From positions 1-34,480 of the forward strand of contig LT642203.1 of the NCBI GenBank assembly GCA_900128585.1: a stretch of DNA of 34,480 bases. Reading direction: 5' to 3'. Every line of letters starts with the position of its first letter. Position 1 is the first letter of the stretch. Origin of the DNA: Stramenopiles sp. TOSAG23-3. Lineage: Eukaryota. The translations under genes were made by a program, and so were the position numbers. Shown here in pieces: positions 1-10,757 of the stretch. Below the pieces are notes generated by a model. That model was not told the DNA's origin. It searched no databases and was given only the letters and a program-made list of their open reading frames with translations.

Positions 1-231
1 AGAAGATGTGTGTGTGGGTGTGGTGTATGTGGTTATAGACGAGAGTAAATTGATGATGATTATATTCACGATGATTAATAATAGGAATACGGACAATAAT
101 CTGGCAAAAAGAAATAGCACTGAATGAAAGAAAGTGTTTCCGTAAACTTTCAGCAGAGAGTTTGCAACACAGTACGCCTGGTCCTCTGAACCTCGTATTC
201 CCAGGAACTTTTTTTCTTTCTTTCTTTCTTA

Positions 232-3200
232 ATGAACGGTTTGGGCGAAATCAGTGGGACGGGCGAGGCGTTCGCGGATGAGAAAGGCCCTCCGCCGCCG
301 CCAACGTCGTCGTCATTTGTGACCATTGGTAGCAAGGCCCAACCGACTCTCCCCCCGGGGAGCACGCCAGGACAACGGCAGATGGCGTTTTCGGGCGCCC
401 CAATCAGCCATCACGATAGGAAAAAATTGCTGAAGGAGGTGCTTGGTGTGTGGACAAATCAACCGTACAACAGCGACACCAACAACACCAACGTCGCAAC
501 TAACATTCCTTCTGTAGTGTGCAGGCGTTGGTTTGAGAAGTGGAGAGTTTATAGCGACAACGAAGACGTTTCAAAGGATGACCAGCTTAGCCCAGGAGAA
601 GTGACGACACAGCACTTAAAGTCCGAGTCGGGGCAACTGGGTTTGGAGGCCCGCGAGAACCGCGACTACGTCATTGTCCCCCTGAGGTTTGTGGTACAGG
701 CAGTTCAAAAGTTCAACAACGGAGCAGAAATTGGTGCACGGGATAGGCCAATAATGGGGGAAGTTCTTGAGAATGGAGACATTGAATGGAGACCTTATCT
801 CGTCAATTTTGTTAAGACATGTGGGCTGCAGCGGTCAGACGACGCGTACGTCCCGTGCCCCTTAAAGCAGGTCCTCATGTTGCCGCCTTCGATGACTTTG
901 GGAACCTTGTACAGTAGATTAAACAATGCGATGCAACGCGATGATTCCGACGACGACTTCACTTTTTCAATGGCACCTCTCAACTTTCGAGTTTTTGTGC
1001 GAAAAGCTGTCAAAAAATGCATACCGCAATACAACCAGGAGCAGCAGTACTGCGGGCCTGACCCCGACAACGAAGAAGCATCTTGGACGTTTGTCCCCCT
1101 TACGGAAATGAAACGAGAAAAAGACCCGGAGTCAGGGGAATTTAGAAAAAAGAATGTGCCGAGCACAAAAACCTTTCAACACTTTGTAGACTCTCAACTG
1201 CGACACTTAGACCTGCGCACAAAACAGAGCAGATCTCCGTGCGCCCAGCTTGATTTATTGGTAGAATATTGGCCCTCTTGGGACAGCGATTTCTACAAAT
1301 CTACCCCGCCGTTGGTAGGACACATAGTCATGTGCACGCCTGAAGGTTCCACCGAGTACATGATGGCACGGGTGGAGAAGTGGAGGAAGTCAGGATGGAA
1401 GCAGGAGGTGCACGTCCATTACCTAGGGGAAAAAAGGTTATACGACCACTGGAAGGATCCAAGCAAAACAATGAGCATTCTGCCTGTTTCCAACTCCGAC
1501 TGGAGAGCGAACCTCAAGATCGCGAGCGAGTTTGCGTACGGGAAAAACAAATTTCGCAGGGCGAAAGTGTTTGGTTTTCACAGAGCCAAGATTGATCCAG
1601 AGAGTTTCAAAGACGGGCTGATGGTCACTTTGTATGGTACATTCGTAGACTTCAAGGTGTTCGACGAGGGGGGCAGCGGATGGAATGGCAACGCGCAAGT
1701 GGCATGCTTGTATAGCGACAAAATACGCCCTTTGAACGAGATGGCAAGCAAGCAAGGATCTCCATCGAGCAGTGCACAGGTAAGGTCCGACGCAGAGATG
1801 GCGGAGAGACTCGAAACATCCGACATATTGGCCAACATCGCCTCCGGCTCGCTTTCAGACGACCACATGCTAGTGTCTCCCCCAGGGCTGTCCCCCCAAG
1901 GACGACCGGCCGCGCAGCATGGGCAAAGTTCAACAAGCACAATGCTCGATTATGAATTAGGGGCGGGCGCCGACCAATACGACCAAATTGTTGCAACCCG
2001 GGAAGTACCGGGACGTTGCGGGCTTGAAAACCTGGGAAACACATGCTTCATGAACTCCATGCTTCAGTGCATGGGCAACACCACCATTTTCACCGAGTAT
2101 TTTTTGCGCAACAAGCACTGCAACGACATAAACACGGAAAATGTGCTTGGTTCCCAAGGCCGTCTTGCGCGCACGTACGCAGCCCTGATCCAGCAAATGT
2201 GGAGCGGCCAAAACGCATCCGTCTCTCCATACGACATGAAGGGAATCATCGGCGAGATCAGCCCGCAGTTTCAGGGTTACCGACAGCACGATGCCCAAGA
2301 GCTTTTGAACTTCTTGTTGGACGGGCTTCACGAAGACCTGAATATTGTCAAGAAGAAGCCGTACGTAGAAGACAAAGACCCGGAACCACACACCCCAGAC
2401 GAGATAGTAGCTGCAGGTGCATGGAGCAACTTTCTCCTTCGAAACAGGAGCTTTGTCGTGGATAAATTCTACGGCCAGCTCAGGAGTCACCTTACTTGCA
2501 ACAAGTGTGGGTTTGACACCGTCAAGTTCGACCCGTTCTTGTCGTTGAGTTTGCCTATTCCTCCGCCTTCTCATATAACTATCGGCAACGTCTACGTCTC
2601 CGCGGGTGACTGCAAAAACACAATAAGTCTGTACTCTGTGAAGGTGCCCCAGAAAACCGCTACCGTGCAGGACCTTCAAGAGATCGTTGCGAAGCGCTTG
2701 TCTGAGTTTGGCAGCAGCTTTGGGCGCCGTTTAAAGTTTGGCCCAGTATCTTCGAGCCAGTTGGAACCGTTTGAGTGGTATAAAGGGGGGCTTTACAGAA
2801 AGTACAACGGAAACGAGGATCTCATGGACTTAAAGAGCAAGGGGGAATGTATTCTATTCATGCTGCGAGGGCAAGAAGGTAGAGCCGGCATACTGCGCCT
2901 TTTGGCCCAGGAAGGGAACTTAACCGAGTCGGAGGTTCACCGGCTAGTCGGACGGACGCCATTGCATAATTTTAGCCCCCAGAGCGTCTTAAGGGAAGAT
3001 CCTAATGTGGGCGACGCCATAGCCCAAAGGCTGGACCACTTAGTCTATAAGTTCGTGAAGAAGGTGCAAATTGTCCACCGTTACAAAAAAAGTCAGGGGA
3101 ACGGTTATTACAGCGCCTCCATGAGCAGCGTTAAACAAAAAAACACATGGTTGTTCAGGGTTCGCTCTAATGCCACGCTTGGGGAAATCGAACAATACGC

Positions 3201-4413
3201 GGTCAATCATGTCCAAGGTATCAGCTGGGGCGACGCGTTTGAGGAGAGGACTGAGAAGAAGGACACTCGAGTGCGTCAAAGGAGCGAAGATGGGAACAGC
3301 GAACCAGGTGCATTATCGTCGTCCTCTCGAAAAGTAGCCAGGACTTCCGAGATGCAGACAAGCCCGACAGCCCCGTTTCCGAAAATTCCCCCAAGGAAGC
3401 CATTTACGATGGGCTTCGGCATGAACGCATCCTTCAACCAGTTGCAAACTGCCAATGCCTATGCTTTCGACGATGAGAATAGACCGACGCGTCTACAAGA
3501 TTATTTGGATTCAGCACAGAACTATTCTGGCTACAGCAACAGGAAGGTTTCAGACTTTGTCATCTATGTTGACTGGGCAAACGAGGACGATTTTGAGAGC
3601 CGCATGGACAGCGACTCCGAGGGCATTGTGCATATGAATGGCCTCGAGGCGAAAATGACGGGCATGTCGCACTCGCCAACGTCCGGAAGAAAAAAGAAGG
3701 TAGGCCTGACCCTGGAAAAGTGCTTCTCTGTATTTTCTGAAAAAGAGCAGCTTGGGGAGAGCGACGAGTGGTACTGTCCATCCTGCAAGGAGCACGTACG
3801 AGCGCACAAGAAAATGGACGTTTGGAAAGCCCCGGACGTGCTTATTGTCCACTTAAAACGCTTTGAATATGCTGCAAGCAAGCAAAATCCCTATTCGCCC
3901 AACAGGAAGAAGCTGGACCGCCCTGTGCACTTTCCCGCCGGCGACGATGTTTTGGAACTGGACGAGTTTGTCAAAGGCCCAAATGAAGAGGGAAAGTCTT
4001 TGCGGTACAAGCTGTTTGCAGTCAGCGAACATTCAGGAGACCTGGCATATGGCCATTACACGGCGAGCTGCCTGAACCACCGCAACAACGTGTGGTACAA
4101 GTTTAACGATTCCTGGGTTTCAAACATGAGGGGGCCAGAAGAAATAAACAGGCGCACAGCGTATGTCTTGTTCTACGAAAGGGTGGAAGAAGAGGAGACG
4201 CTGAATCCTGAAGTGGACGGCGCGGGGGTAGAGGAGGAGTGCGCGGGGGTAGAGGAGTTACAAAATGGTAGTGTGTTAGGTGTCAAAGAGGAAATGTTGG
4301 ATAAAGACCAACGGAAAAAATCGGAAGAAAAAGTTGTTTTGACACAGCAACCACCACAGCAAACCCCAAGAATTATTGTGAATGGCGAAGGCCAGGAGGT
4401 ATCATCGGTGTGA
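232..4413 (+). CDS. Ubiquitin carboxyl-terminal hydrolase, USP4/11/15-like (peptidase C19) with N-terminal DUSP-like domain
   Basis: 1393-aa ORF. Cys box GLENLGNTCFMNSMLQC, QHDAQE box, split Zn-finger CxxC pairs (CNKC...CPSC), LIVHLKRF, His box HSGDLAYGHYTA, WYKFND and AYVLFY are all present. The N-terminus is DUSP-like (RRWFEKW...PG...ENRDYVIVP), and there is a large insert within the catalytic domain. Confidence 0.95.
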   Translation: MNGLGEISGTGEAFADEKGPPPPPTSSSFVTIGSKAQPTLPPGSTPGQRQMAFSGAPISHHDRKKLLKEVLGVWTNQPYNSDTNNTNVATNIPSVVCRRWFEKWRVYSDNEDVSKDDQLSPGEVTTQHLKSESGQLGLEARENRDYVIVPLRFVVQAVQKFNNGAEIGARDRPIMGEVLENGDIEWRPYLVNFVKTCGLQRSDDAYVPCPLKQVLMLPPSMTLGTLYSRLNNAMQRDDSDDDFTFSMAPLNFRVFVRKAVKKCIPQYNQEQQYCGPDPDNEEASWTFVPLTEMKREKDPESGEFRKKNVPSTKTFQHFVDSQLRHLDLRTKQSRSPCAQLDLLVEYWPSWDSDFYKSTPPLVGHIVMCTPEGSTEYMMARVEKWRKSGWKQEVHVHYLGEKRLYDHWKDPSKTMSILPVSNSDWRANLKIASEFAYGKNKFRRAKVFGFHRAKIDPESFKDGLMVTLYGTFVDFKVFDEGGSGWNGNAQVACLYSDKIRPLNEMASKQGSPSSSAQVRSDAEMAERLETSDILANIASGSLSDDHMLVSPPGLSPQGRPAAQHGQSSTSTMLDYELGAGADQYDQIVATREVPGRCGLENLGNTCFMNSMLQCMGNTTIFTEYFLRNKHCNDINTENVLGSQGRLARTYAALIQQMWSGQNASVSPYDMKGIIGEISPQFQGYRQHDAQELLNFLLDGLHEDLNIVKKKPYVEDKDPEPHTPDEIVAAGAWSNFLLRNRSFVVDKFYGQLRSHLTCNKCGFDTVKFDPFLSLSLPIPPPSHITIGNVYVSAGDCKNTISLYSVKVPQKTATVQDLQEIVAKRLSEFGSSFGRRLKFGPVSSSQLEPFEWYKGGLYRKYNGNEDLMDLKSKGECILFMLRGQEGRAGILRLLAQEGNLTESEVHRLVGRTPLHNFSPQSVLREDPNVGDAIAQRLDHLVYKFVKKVQIVHRYKKSQGNGYYSASMSSVKQKNTWLFRVRSNATLGEIEQYAVNHVQGISWGDAFEERTEKKDTRVRQRSEDGNSEPGALSSSSRKVARTSEMQTSPTAPFPKIPPRKPFTMGFGMNASFNQLQTANAYAFDDENRPTRLQDYLDSAQNYSGYSNRKVSDFVIYVDWANEDDFESRMDSDSEGIVHMNGLEAKMTGMSHSPTSGRKKKVGLTLEKCFSVFSEKEQLGESDEWYCPSCKEHVRAHKKMDVWKAPDVLIVHLKRFEYAASKQNPYSPNRKKLDRPVHFPAGDDVLELDEFVKGPNEEGKSLRYKLFAVSEHSGDLAYGHYTASCLNHRNNVWYKFNDSWVSNMRGPEEINRRTAYVLFYERVEEEETLNPEVDGAGVEEECAGVEELQNGSVLGVKEEMLDKDQRKKSEEKVVLTQQPPQQTPRIIVNGEGQEVSSV
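4220..4257 (+). repeat. 17-bp direct repeat in the USP C-terminal tail
   Basis: GCGCGGGGGTAGAGGAG occurs at 4220-4236 and 4241-4257, encoding AGVEE twice. Confidence 0.85.
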
Positions 4414-4537
4414 ACGGCAGGGCGCGGGCGTCGTGTTTGTAAATAAAATAGATTTACACATAATTCGTAAGAACTAGATATTTTTGTAACACCTGTACCG
4501 TTCTCCCTCCCTCTTCCTTTGGGGCCAGCCTTTACAT

Positions 4538-4873
4538 CTACGACGAGGCTTCTTTTGAGAACATGGATGAGCTCACCTCGACGTGGTCGTCGTGCTTTAG
4601 TTTGCTGCTGATAATATCCGACAAGTCGAGCTCTTCACCAGTTTCGACGACAACTATACGGGTAGGAACACCTAACTTTACCCAGCCTTGGTACTCTTCT
4701 TCGTCGTACCGAGCGATTGCAACATGCCCCAACCATTTAATATTTTGCGGGCCGTTTCCACAGGGGATGGATATAACTTTCTCCCCCTCATACCCATTAA
4801 CGTGGGCGTTAATTATCATAATTTCTATTGGGGCTGCTGGCTTGGCCTCATCGCCTTTCTTCTCCTCCGACAT
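4538..4873 (-). CDS. Small hypothetical protein (111 aa), possibly ubiquitin-like/beta-grasp fold
   Basis: ATG-initiated ORF in a coding-like GC block, convergent with the USP gene. The sequence looks globular (ISIPCGNGPQNIKWLGHVAIARYD). The fold assignment is inference only. Confidence 0.75.
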   Translation of the reverse strand: MSEEKKGDEAKPAAPIEIMIINAHVNGYEGEKVISIPCGNGPQNIKWLGHVAIARYDEEEYQGWVKLGVPTRIVVVETGEELDLSDIISSKLKHDDHVEVSSSMFSKEASS

Positions 4874-6548
4874 TGTCGTTACCTATACGGGTTTTCCAGA
4901 CAGACTCGGCAATTTCCTTGCTTACGACCGGTTTTAATCGCGTTGATAATAGAATGTATTGGGTTCTTGTTTTCTATTTTTATTTCTCCTTCGAATGCAT
5001 TGATCGGTACATTTGAGGGAGTGGTTTGGAAGGAAGAAATGGTACTGTTCAATGATGAATTATTATTATTATTTATAATAATAATACGGAAGAAAAACAA
5101 ATTCCTATTATTATTATTATTTATTAATACAATAACAACCACCTTTCTTCATCATTCATTTCAAAAAATAATAAAGAAAACAAGAAAACAACAAGAAGAA
5201 AGAAGAAGAAGACGTGTTGTGTTTGTGAAGTTGCGAACACATAAAAAATTCAATAAATAATGTAATTCAATAAAATATTATTTATACTAGACGACTAATA
5301 AATAATAATAAATCTATTCAATCCATCATCAATCAAATTAAAAAAACAAAAAAACTATTATAGAAGAAGAATATGACTGTAATATTATAGACGACTATTT
5401 ATTAATAAAAATAAATATTTATTTTAGTACTGTACAGTACAGTATTATGCAAAAAATAATAATAAAATATTTTCGTGATATTAATGTTAGTTGTTGTTGT
5501 TAGTAGTAGTTGTAGTAGTAGTAATCTGATAGATTATTTTACACTACTACACTACGTGAAGTATAATATTTTAATGGAATTGCTTAGTGACTAGTATAAT
5601 AAATATTAGTTTCTTTTAGACGACTAAATATTTATTACTCATTTTCTTTCTTCTTCTTATAACTAGGACTATACGACCTCCTTGTTTTCTATTTTCACCT
5701 TCTTTGTTTGTCGTTAAAATATTTTCATTCCATTCAATGCTAGTACCGGTACCTGTACCAAACTATTTATATACCAAACAACAGTTTGAAATTCTTAAAT
5801 ATAACGATTATGATGTGACAACTACCGAGAAAATAAAAATATCGCGTCGTCACGAAGTAAAGTAAAGAGAGAGAGAGAAAGGGGTATAATAATACACATT
5901 AATACGTACGGCGGTACGTTACGAAGGGAAAGAAAAGAAAGAAAGAGAGAAGAAGAGGAGGAAGAAGAAAATAAATTAAAAAAAAGCAACGAAAGTCTCA
6001 ACAACACACAACGTTCTCATTTTTATAGTTTTATTATACAGACTAGCTAGTTAAAATAAATTCGCTTTGTTGTGGTAAAGCAAAATAAAAAAAAATCATT
6101 TATTGTTGTTGTTGTTGTGAGAAGAACATGTTTAACATAATAATAGTATAGTCATCTTCTTCTTTCTCCTCCTCTTCTACTAGAGCAAAAGCAAAAACAA
6201 AAACAAAAAAAAATATAATAGTCTATAATAATAATACTCACTACTACTATAAAAAAATTAATAATATATTTCAAAAAAAGTTGAAAGACCCACCACTTCA
6301 CTCTCTGAAAAAGTATATCAACCTATAAAAAGAAGAAGTCTTTTGCTTACAACAAAAAAAAAAGAGAAGGAAAAGGTCAGAACAGAACAATTTATAGGTC
6401 TGATTTATGAACATTGCCATTTGCTAAAATTGTTCCGAAGCCTTTCCCGTAGGTAGTTTTCTGTTTTTGTTGATTCTTCATCCCCTCCTCCTCCGTTCGG
6501 CCAACAGGGATCCATCACACTGGAAAACAAGGGTTCGTGCGCGCTGAC

Positions 6549-8234
6549 ATGAGTGACGTAATCGACTCGGAGACTCTGGTCCGTTTTTTCAACGACCAAG
6601 ACGCGGTGGCGGAGCAAATAAAAAAGGGTGCCTCTGGGCCAATAAGGCTGGACTTGAGCAACAAGTTATCAATATGTTCAGGGGACATTGTTAACATGAA
6701 ATGTGACGGCATAGCGTGCCCGTTTAACGTGCGAATGCGCCCGGCAATACCGGTGAGCACAGCACTGCTGTCCAAGGCTGGGTTTCACACGCAGGACGCG
6801 CTGAGGCGATTGAAAAGCCAAGAAAGATGCCACCACTCTGGAAGGTTTCACACGTCTCAGACACTAGCAGTCGACGGCGGAAACCTGCACTGCAAGACGT
6901 TGATTACGTGCGTCACACCCACTTATAGCAACAAGTACGAGTCCGCAGCAGTGAACGCCCTGGACAAAATAATTGTAAATATCCTCACCTCCGCGGTCGA
7001 ATCAAAGTGCCGCTCAGTCGCCTTTTGCGGGCTGTTTAACACCATCGTTGCCGACGGGTACGACCATAGCATTGCAGTGCACGTTGCAATGAAATCGTTG
7101 CGAAAATTTCTTGAGAAATACAGCGGGAAATTCGACCACGTGGTCTTCTTTGCGTTGGATTGCGAAGAGCTTGCCCTCTTCCAGTCCGCAGCCCCTGTCT
7201 ACTTCCCAAGGACCTCGGCGGAGCTGGACGAGTCGAAGCTGGTCCGAAATTCCCTAACTTCAGTGTACAAGACAAAGCGCGCCAATACGTTTGCGCCAGA
7301 AAGGGCAGTGCGAGTGTCTGCAATGCCAGGGGCAAACGATGGGGGCGCGAGCAGAGCAGACAAGACAGAGAAAGCACTCTCGCGGTTCAAGTCGATGTCT
7401 TACTCACCACTGTACGATGCGACCGAGTCGCGCACCAGGGCCCAGGCCACCGTCCGGGAACATGTCCCGAAGCTTCCCCAAAAGACGCTGTTTGTCCGGC
7501 GCTTCAACGTGCTGAACGTGACCTTTGGTAAACCAATGACGGTGCCAAAGAAGTTGTCTCATACAAGTTCGAAGTACACCGCTTACGAAATAAACGTCAT
7601 GTCCGAGACCAAGCCCCTGTTCACCATGTACCGCCGCTTTAGCGAATTTTACGACGTGTTTTCGAACGTGCTGGAGACCGCGTACGCGGAGAGTGACAAG
7701 GGTATTCTGAAGGCGCTAAAAAACGTAGAATTTCCCTCCCGAGTAATCTTCTGGGGGTCTTCCATGGACGAAGAAGTGGTGAAGGAGCGCTTGGAGAAGC
7801 TTCAAATCGTCATGTCGAGAATGATCTCGGTTGAGAACGCTTCGATCCCAGTGATCAAGATGATCGAGCATTTCTTGCACGTAACAACCCCAACGGACGA
7901 GGACGCGATGCGCACCCTTCGCTTCGGAAATGGTGCAACGCCTTATGGCTACTCTAAGAACAACCAAGGGGTCCACTCCGCGAAAGAAAACCAAAATAGT
8001 CAGAACTCGACCAATAGTGCCCCAGCGAAAGTCAACAAGGTTGAAAATGTGGCGAAGCCTAAAACAGGCCGATCGTTTCGGGACAACGTGCCCAGCGATT
8101 CGTCCGGGGCTGAAAAAGCCAAAAGGCAAACGCGAAAGTCGAACGGTCCAATGGCCGCAAGGGTAAGAATATTCAACGATTTCGACACCGCGAGAGGCGA
8201 GGGCAATCGGTTCATCACAAACGAATCCTTGTGA
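6549..8234 (+). CDS. GDAP2-type macrodomain protein with C-terminal PX domain
   Basis: First ATG is at 6549 (the ORF track starts at a GTG at 6537). Macro motifs: KLSICSGDI, GGNL..K.LI..VTP.Y..KY..AA, RSVAF, H.A...LRKFLE, plus the GDAP2-like YFPR and PERAVRVSAMPG. PX motifs: YTAYEINV, RRFSEF, FP.R, ER.EKLQ. Confidence 0.85.
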   Translation: MSDVIDSETLVRFFNDQDAVAEQIKKGASGPIRLDLSNKLSICSGDIVNMKCDGIACPFNVRMRPAIPVSTALLSKAGFHTQDALRRLKSQERCHHSGRFHTSQTLAVDGGNLHCKTLITCVTPTYSNKYESAAVNALDKIIVNILTSAVESKCRSVAFCGLFNTIVADGYDHSIAVHVAMKSLRKFLEKYSGKFDHVVFFALDCEELALFQSAAPVYFPRTSAELDESKLVRNSLTSVYKTKRANTFAPERAVRVSAMPGANDGGASRADKTEKALSRFKSMSYSPLYDATESRTRAQATVREHVPKLPQKTLFVRRFNVLNVTFGKPMTVPKKLSHTSSKYTAYEINVMSETKPLFTMYRRFSEFYDVFSNVLETAYAESDKGILKALKNVEFPSRVIFWGSSMDEEVVKERLEKLQIVMSRMISVENASIPVIKMIEHFLHVTTPTDEDAMRTLRFGNGATPYGYSKNNQGVHSAKENQNSQNSTNSAPAKVNKVENVAKPKTGRSFRDNVPSDSSGAEKAKRQTRKSNGPMAARVRIFNDFDTARGEGNRFITNESL

Positions 8235-8758
8235 GCCGTACGCCGGCTACAAAACGCTGTTAGAATAGACCCCAGGCGTATCCCGAAATGTATAAAAAGA
8301 AAAAACAACACCTCTCATTAGTTCAAGGAAAAAGAAAGAAACAATCAAGGAGAGAGGAAAAATGACAGTAGCGAGGAGCGTTTCAAAGGTAAAAATTCCA
8401 GAAGACAGAAGACACAGAAACTTTCTCTTCGTATACACGCATTTACAAAATTAAAATTATCAAATTTGTTAATTATAAAATTTGTTTTTTTTTCATTTGT
8501 TTTTCATTTGTTATCGTGATTAACGTATCATATGATATCATATCATATGATCAGATACTTACGATTACTTCGATGATGAAAGTTTTAGGGGAAATATAAA
8601 AATGTACTACACATTACCTGGTATGATATGTACATGTGTGTACGCGCGCGTGAGGTCCCAGTGCCTCGTCTTTCTCCGGATTTTAAAAGCAAGGATAGGG
8701 GTGGGCTTCTCAACCACTTTACTAAAAAAATGGTTCCCATCACAAGACATCACATCAC

Positions 8759-9433
8759 TTATACCAACTTTTTTGACTCAAAAAAGTCCTTCAAATGCCT
8801 AACTTGCCACCCGGCGGAGACGAGCATTACAGTAGTCTGCAAAATGCTCCACCACATGACCCTGGTGTTCGTACTTTCACTGGTGTTACGAAAGTCTTCC
8901 TCACGCTGCCTTTGGTAATGCAGCTCGTTCATTACCGAAGCAATTCTATCAGACAATTTGCGCACGCGCACTTCTACGTCGGAAAGGTGTTCCTTCTTCG
9001 CCAGCGCGGTGTAGTCAATGGTGGACTCTCCCACTTGGAGGTCCAAGTGAAACTTGAACTTTTTCGGTTCCCCAAACCAACCCTTTGTTCGGTTAACTTC
9101 CATACACACTTCAAAGACACCCTCCTCCTCCGATGTAAATGCGAACCGGCCGTCGACGCCGGCGTTCTCGGACAAGACCTTCTTGTTGCCCTCTTTCGTG
9201 ACGGTGATAAGGATACCAAGTGCTTTCCCGGACGAGTCAAACGTTCCGTCACTGTCAATATCTGGGTTTTCGTACACCCCGACGACAACGGTGTGGGCGG
9301 GGACTTCCTCCAAAAAGCACCGCCTTACCCCCTGCGTGACCAAGAAGTAAAGCGCTTCGCTTTGGTCCAAGCAGCACAAAAAGGTTGCCACCACGAGCAA
9401 CAATGCAGAGACGGTTTTCGTTCGGAAGGCCAT
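8759..9433 (-). CDS. TMED9: p24/emp24/gp25L family cargo receptor, alpha subfamily (TMED4/9-like)
   Basis: The ATG at 9433 gives a signal peptide (MAFRTKTVSALLLVVATFLCC). It is followed by a GOLD domain (RRCFLEEVP, GRFAFTS..G...VC), a coiled coil, REEDFRNTSESTNTRVMWWS, a TM segment and a C-terminal FFESKKLV dilysine motif. Confidence 0.95.
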   Translation of the reverse strand: MAFRTKTVSALLLVVATFLCCLDQSEALYFLVTQGVRRCFLEEVPAHTVVVGVYENPDIDSDGTFDSSGKALGILITVTKEGNKKVLSENAGVDGRFAFTSEEEGVFEVCMEVNRTKGWFGEPKKFKFHLDLQVGESTIDYTALAKKEHLSDVEVRVRKLSDRIASVMNELHYQRQREEDFRNTSESTNTRVMWWSILQTTVMLVSAGWQVRHLKDFFESKKLV

Positions 9434-10541
9434 ATTGTTAGGTTGCCCAGGTAATGAATATAAACGTATGTATATGTATATCTCGATAAAATTTCCAACA
9501 AACACAAAGGCAATAAACGTCTTTCTAGATGGTTTCGCTTTATTCCTTCATTCCTTTCTACTTCTAATAAATGAATTATAAATGTGTGCATAAACAACAT
9601 ACAGAAAGAAGAAGAAACAAGCAAAGTCCGCCGCCGCCGCCGCCTATTTTTTCTTCCTTCTTTTCTTCTTTTCTTCTCTTCTTCTTCTTCTGTTCTTCTC
9701 TCTCTCTTCTACTTCTTCTTTTTCTCTGCCTGCTGCTCCTCCTCGTCAACTTACTTCACATACCTGGTATAATGTACACTATTTTTTCAATGTTATTATT
9801 AGCTAAAATAGATAAAATAAATAGAAGATCGACCTCCTCGTTTAAATATAATCCAAAAGAAGAAGATAGGAAAAGGAGAGAAGAGAGAAGAGAGAAAGAA
9901 AGAAAGAAAGAGTCAAAAAAAGTCAATTTCCATCCTATAGCCATATATATAACAGTTTGTGGCTGTGATGTGTGGTCTTTATAAAATACCTATGTAATTT
10001 AAATTATAATATGAAAATAAGAAGTAGAAGTAAAAAATTCGATTGTTTATTTGATCCTTATTACTTCCTTCGTATTTCCATAGTATTGTACTTAGACTAC
10101 GTTGTTTAAATTACCGGGTTCGTTGGTTCCTTCTTTATTTTACTTTGTGTTTTGTGTTCATCCCAAATTGTTGTTGCGCCGCATAACATTAACACTAACC
10201 CTAACACTAATATATGGAAAGATGAAGAAAAAAAGTTTTGAGAAGAAGAAAAAAAAAGAAGAACAACAAGAAAATGATGATGAAGAAGAAGAAGAATAAA
10301 AATGAGGTTAACAAGTTAGCAGATGATGAGGTTAGAATGAGCTTCTTTGCTTGTAATTTTGTTGTTGTTGTAATATTAAATGATTCATCAAAATTGTGTA
10401 TGTGAAATTTCTTTCTTTCTTTGCGAACTATTTGTATTGAAATGTAGAATAAACGGTTCAGAAAGGGACACACGGAAAAGAAGGAAAAGGGAAAAGGTTG
10501 TGCTAAGTTTTTAATCAGTTCAAGCGTCGACGAAGAAGGGC

Positions 10542-10757
10542 ATGACTTTTGTATATAAAGGAGCGGGGAAGAAGCAGAGGGCCGAGGCCGAGCCGTGTCA
10601 AAAGGACAGAGGCTGCCAGAAGATTGCATGTGATATTCAGTGGTGCTTGTCCCGATCGAACTATAAAGTGAAGAGGTGCCAACATGTAGTTGATCAGTAC
10701 AACGCTTGCTGCGAGCGTGTGGAGAAGGAAATATTGAAAAGAACGGGCGCTCTCTAA
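10542..10757 (+). CDS. CMC4: Cx9C motif-containing protein 4 (mitochondrial intermembrane space, p8MTCP1-like)
   Basis: CQKIACDIQWCLSRSNYKVKRCQHVVDQYNACC matches the CMC4 pattern CQKxACxIQxCLxxxxYxxxxCQxxxxxxxxCC. Confidence 0.88.
   Translation: MTFVYKGAGKKQRAEAEPCQKDRGCQKIACDIQWCLSRSNYKVKRCQHVVDQYNACCERVEKEILKRTGAL

Noticed and set aside
4688-5260. 190-aa + strand ORF and similar ORFs in AT-rich spacers (e.g. 9571-9984, 10207-10629, 28797-28991)
   Set aside because: They are low-complexity, often non-ATG, and derive from simple repeats or overlap better-supported genes.
8526-8551. ATCATATGAT palindromes in the convergent spacer, with a nearby TGATGA (possible snoRNA C box)
   Set aside because: This is a simple ATCAT-based expansion. 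I found no matching D box or terminal stem.
10184-10210. TAACAT-TAACAC-TAACCC-TAACAC-TAA, telomere-like hexamer run
   Set aside because: It has only one true CCCTAA unit and is too short and degenerate to call an interstitial telomere.
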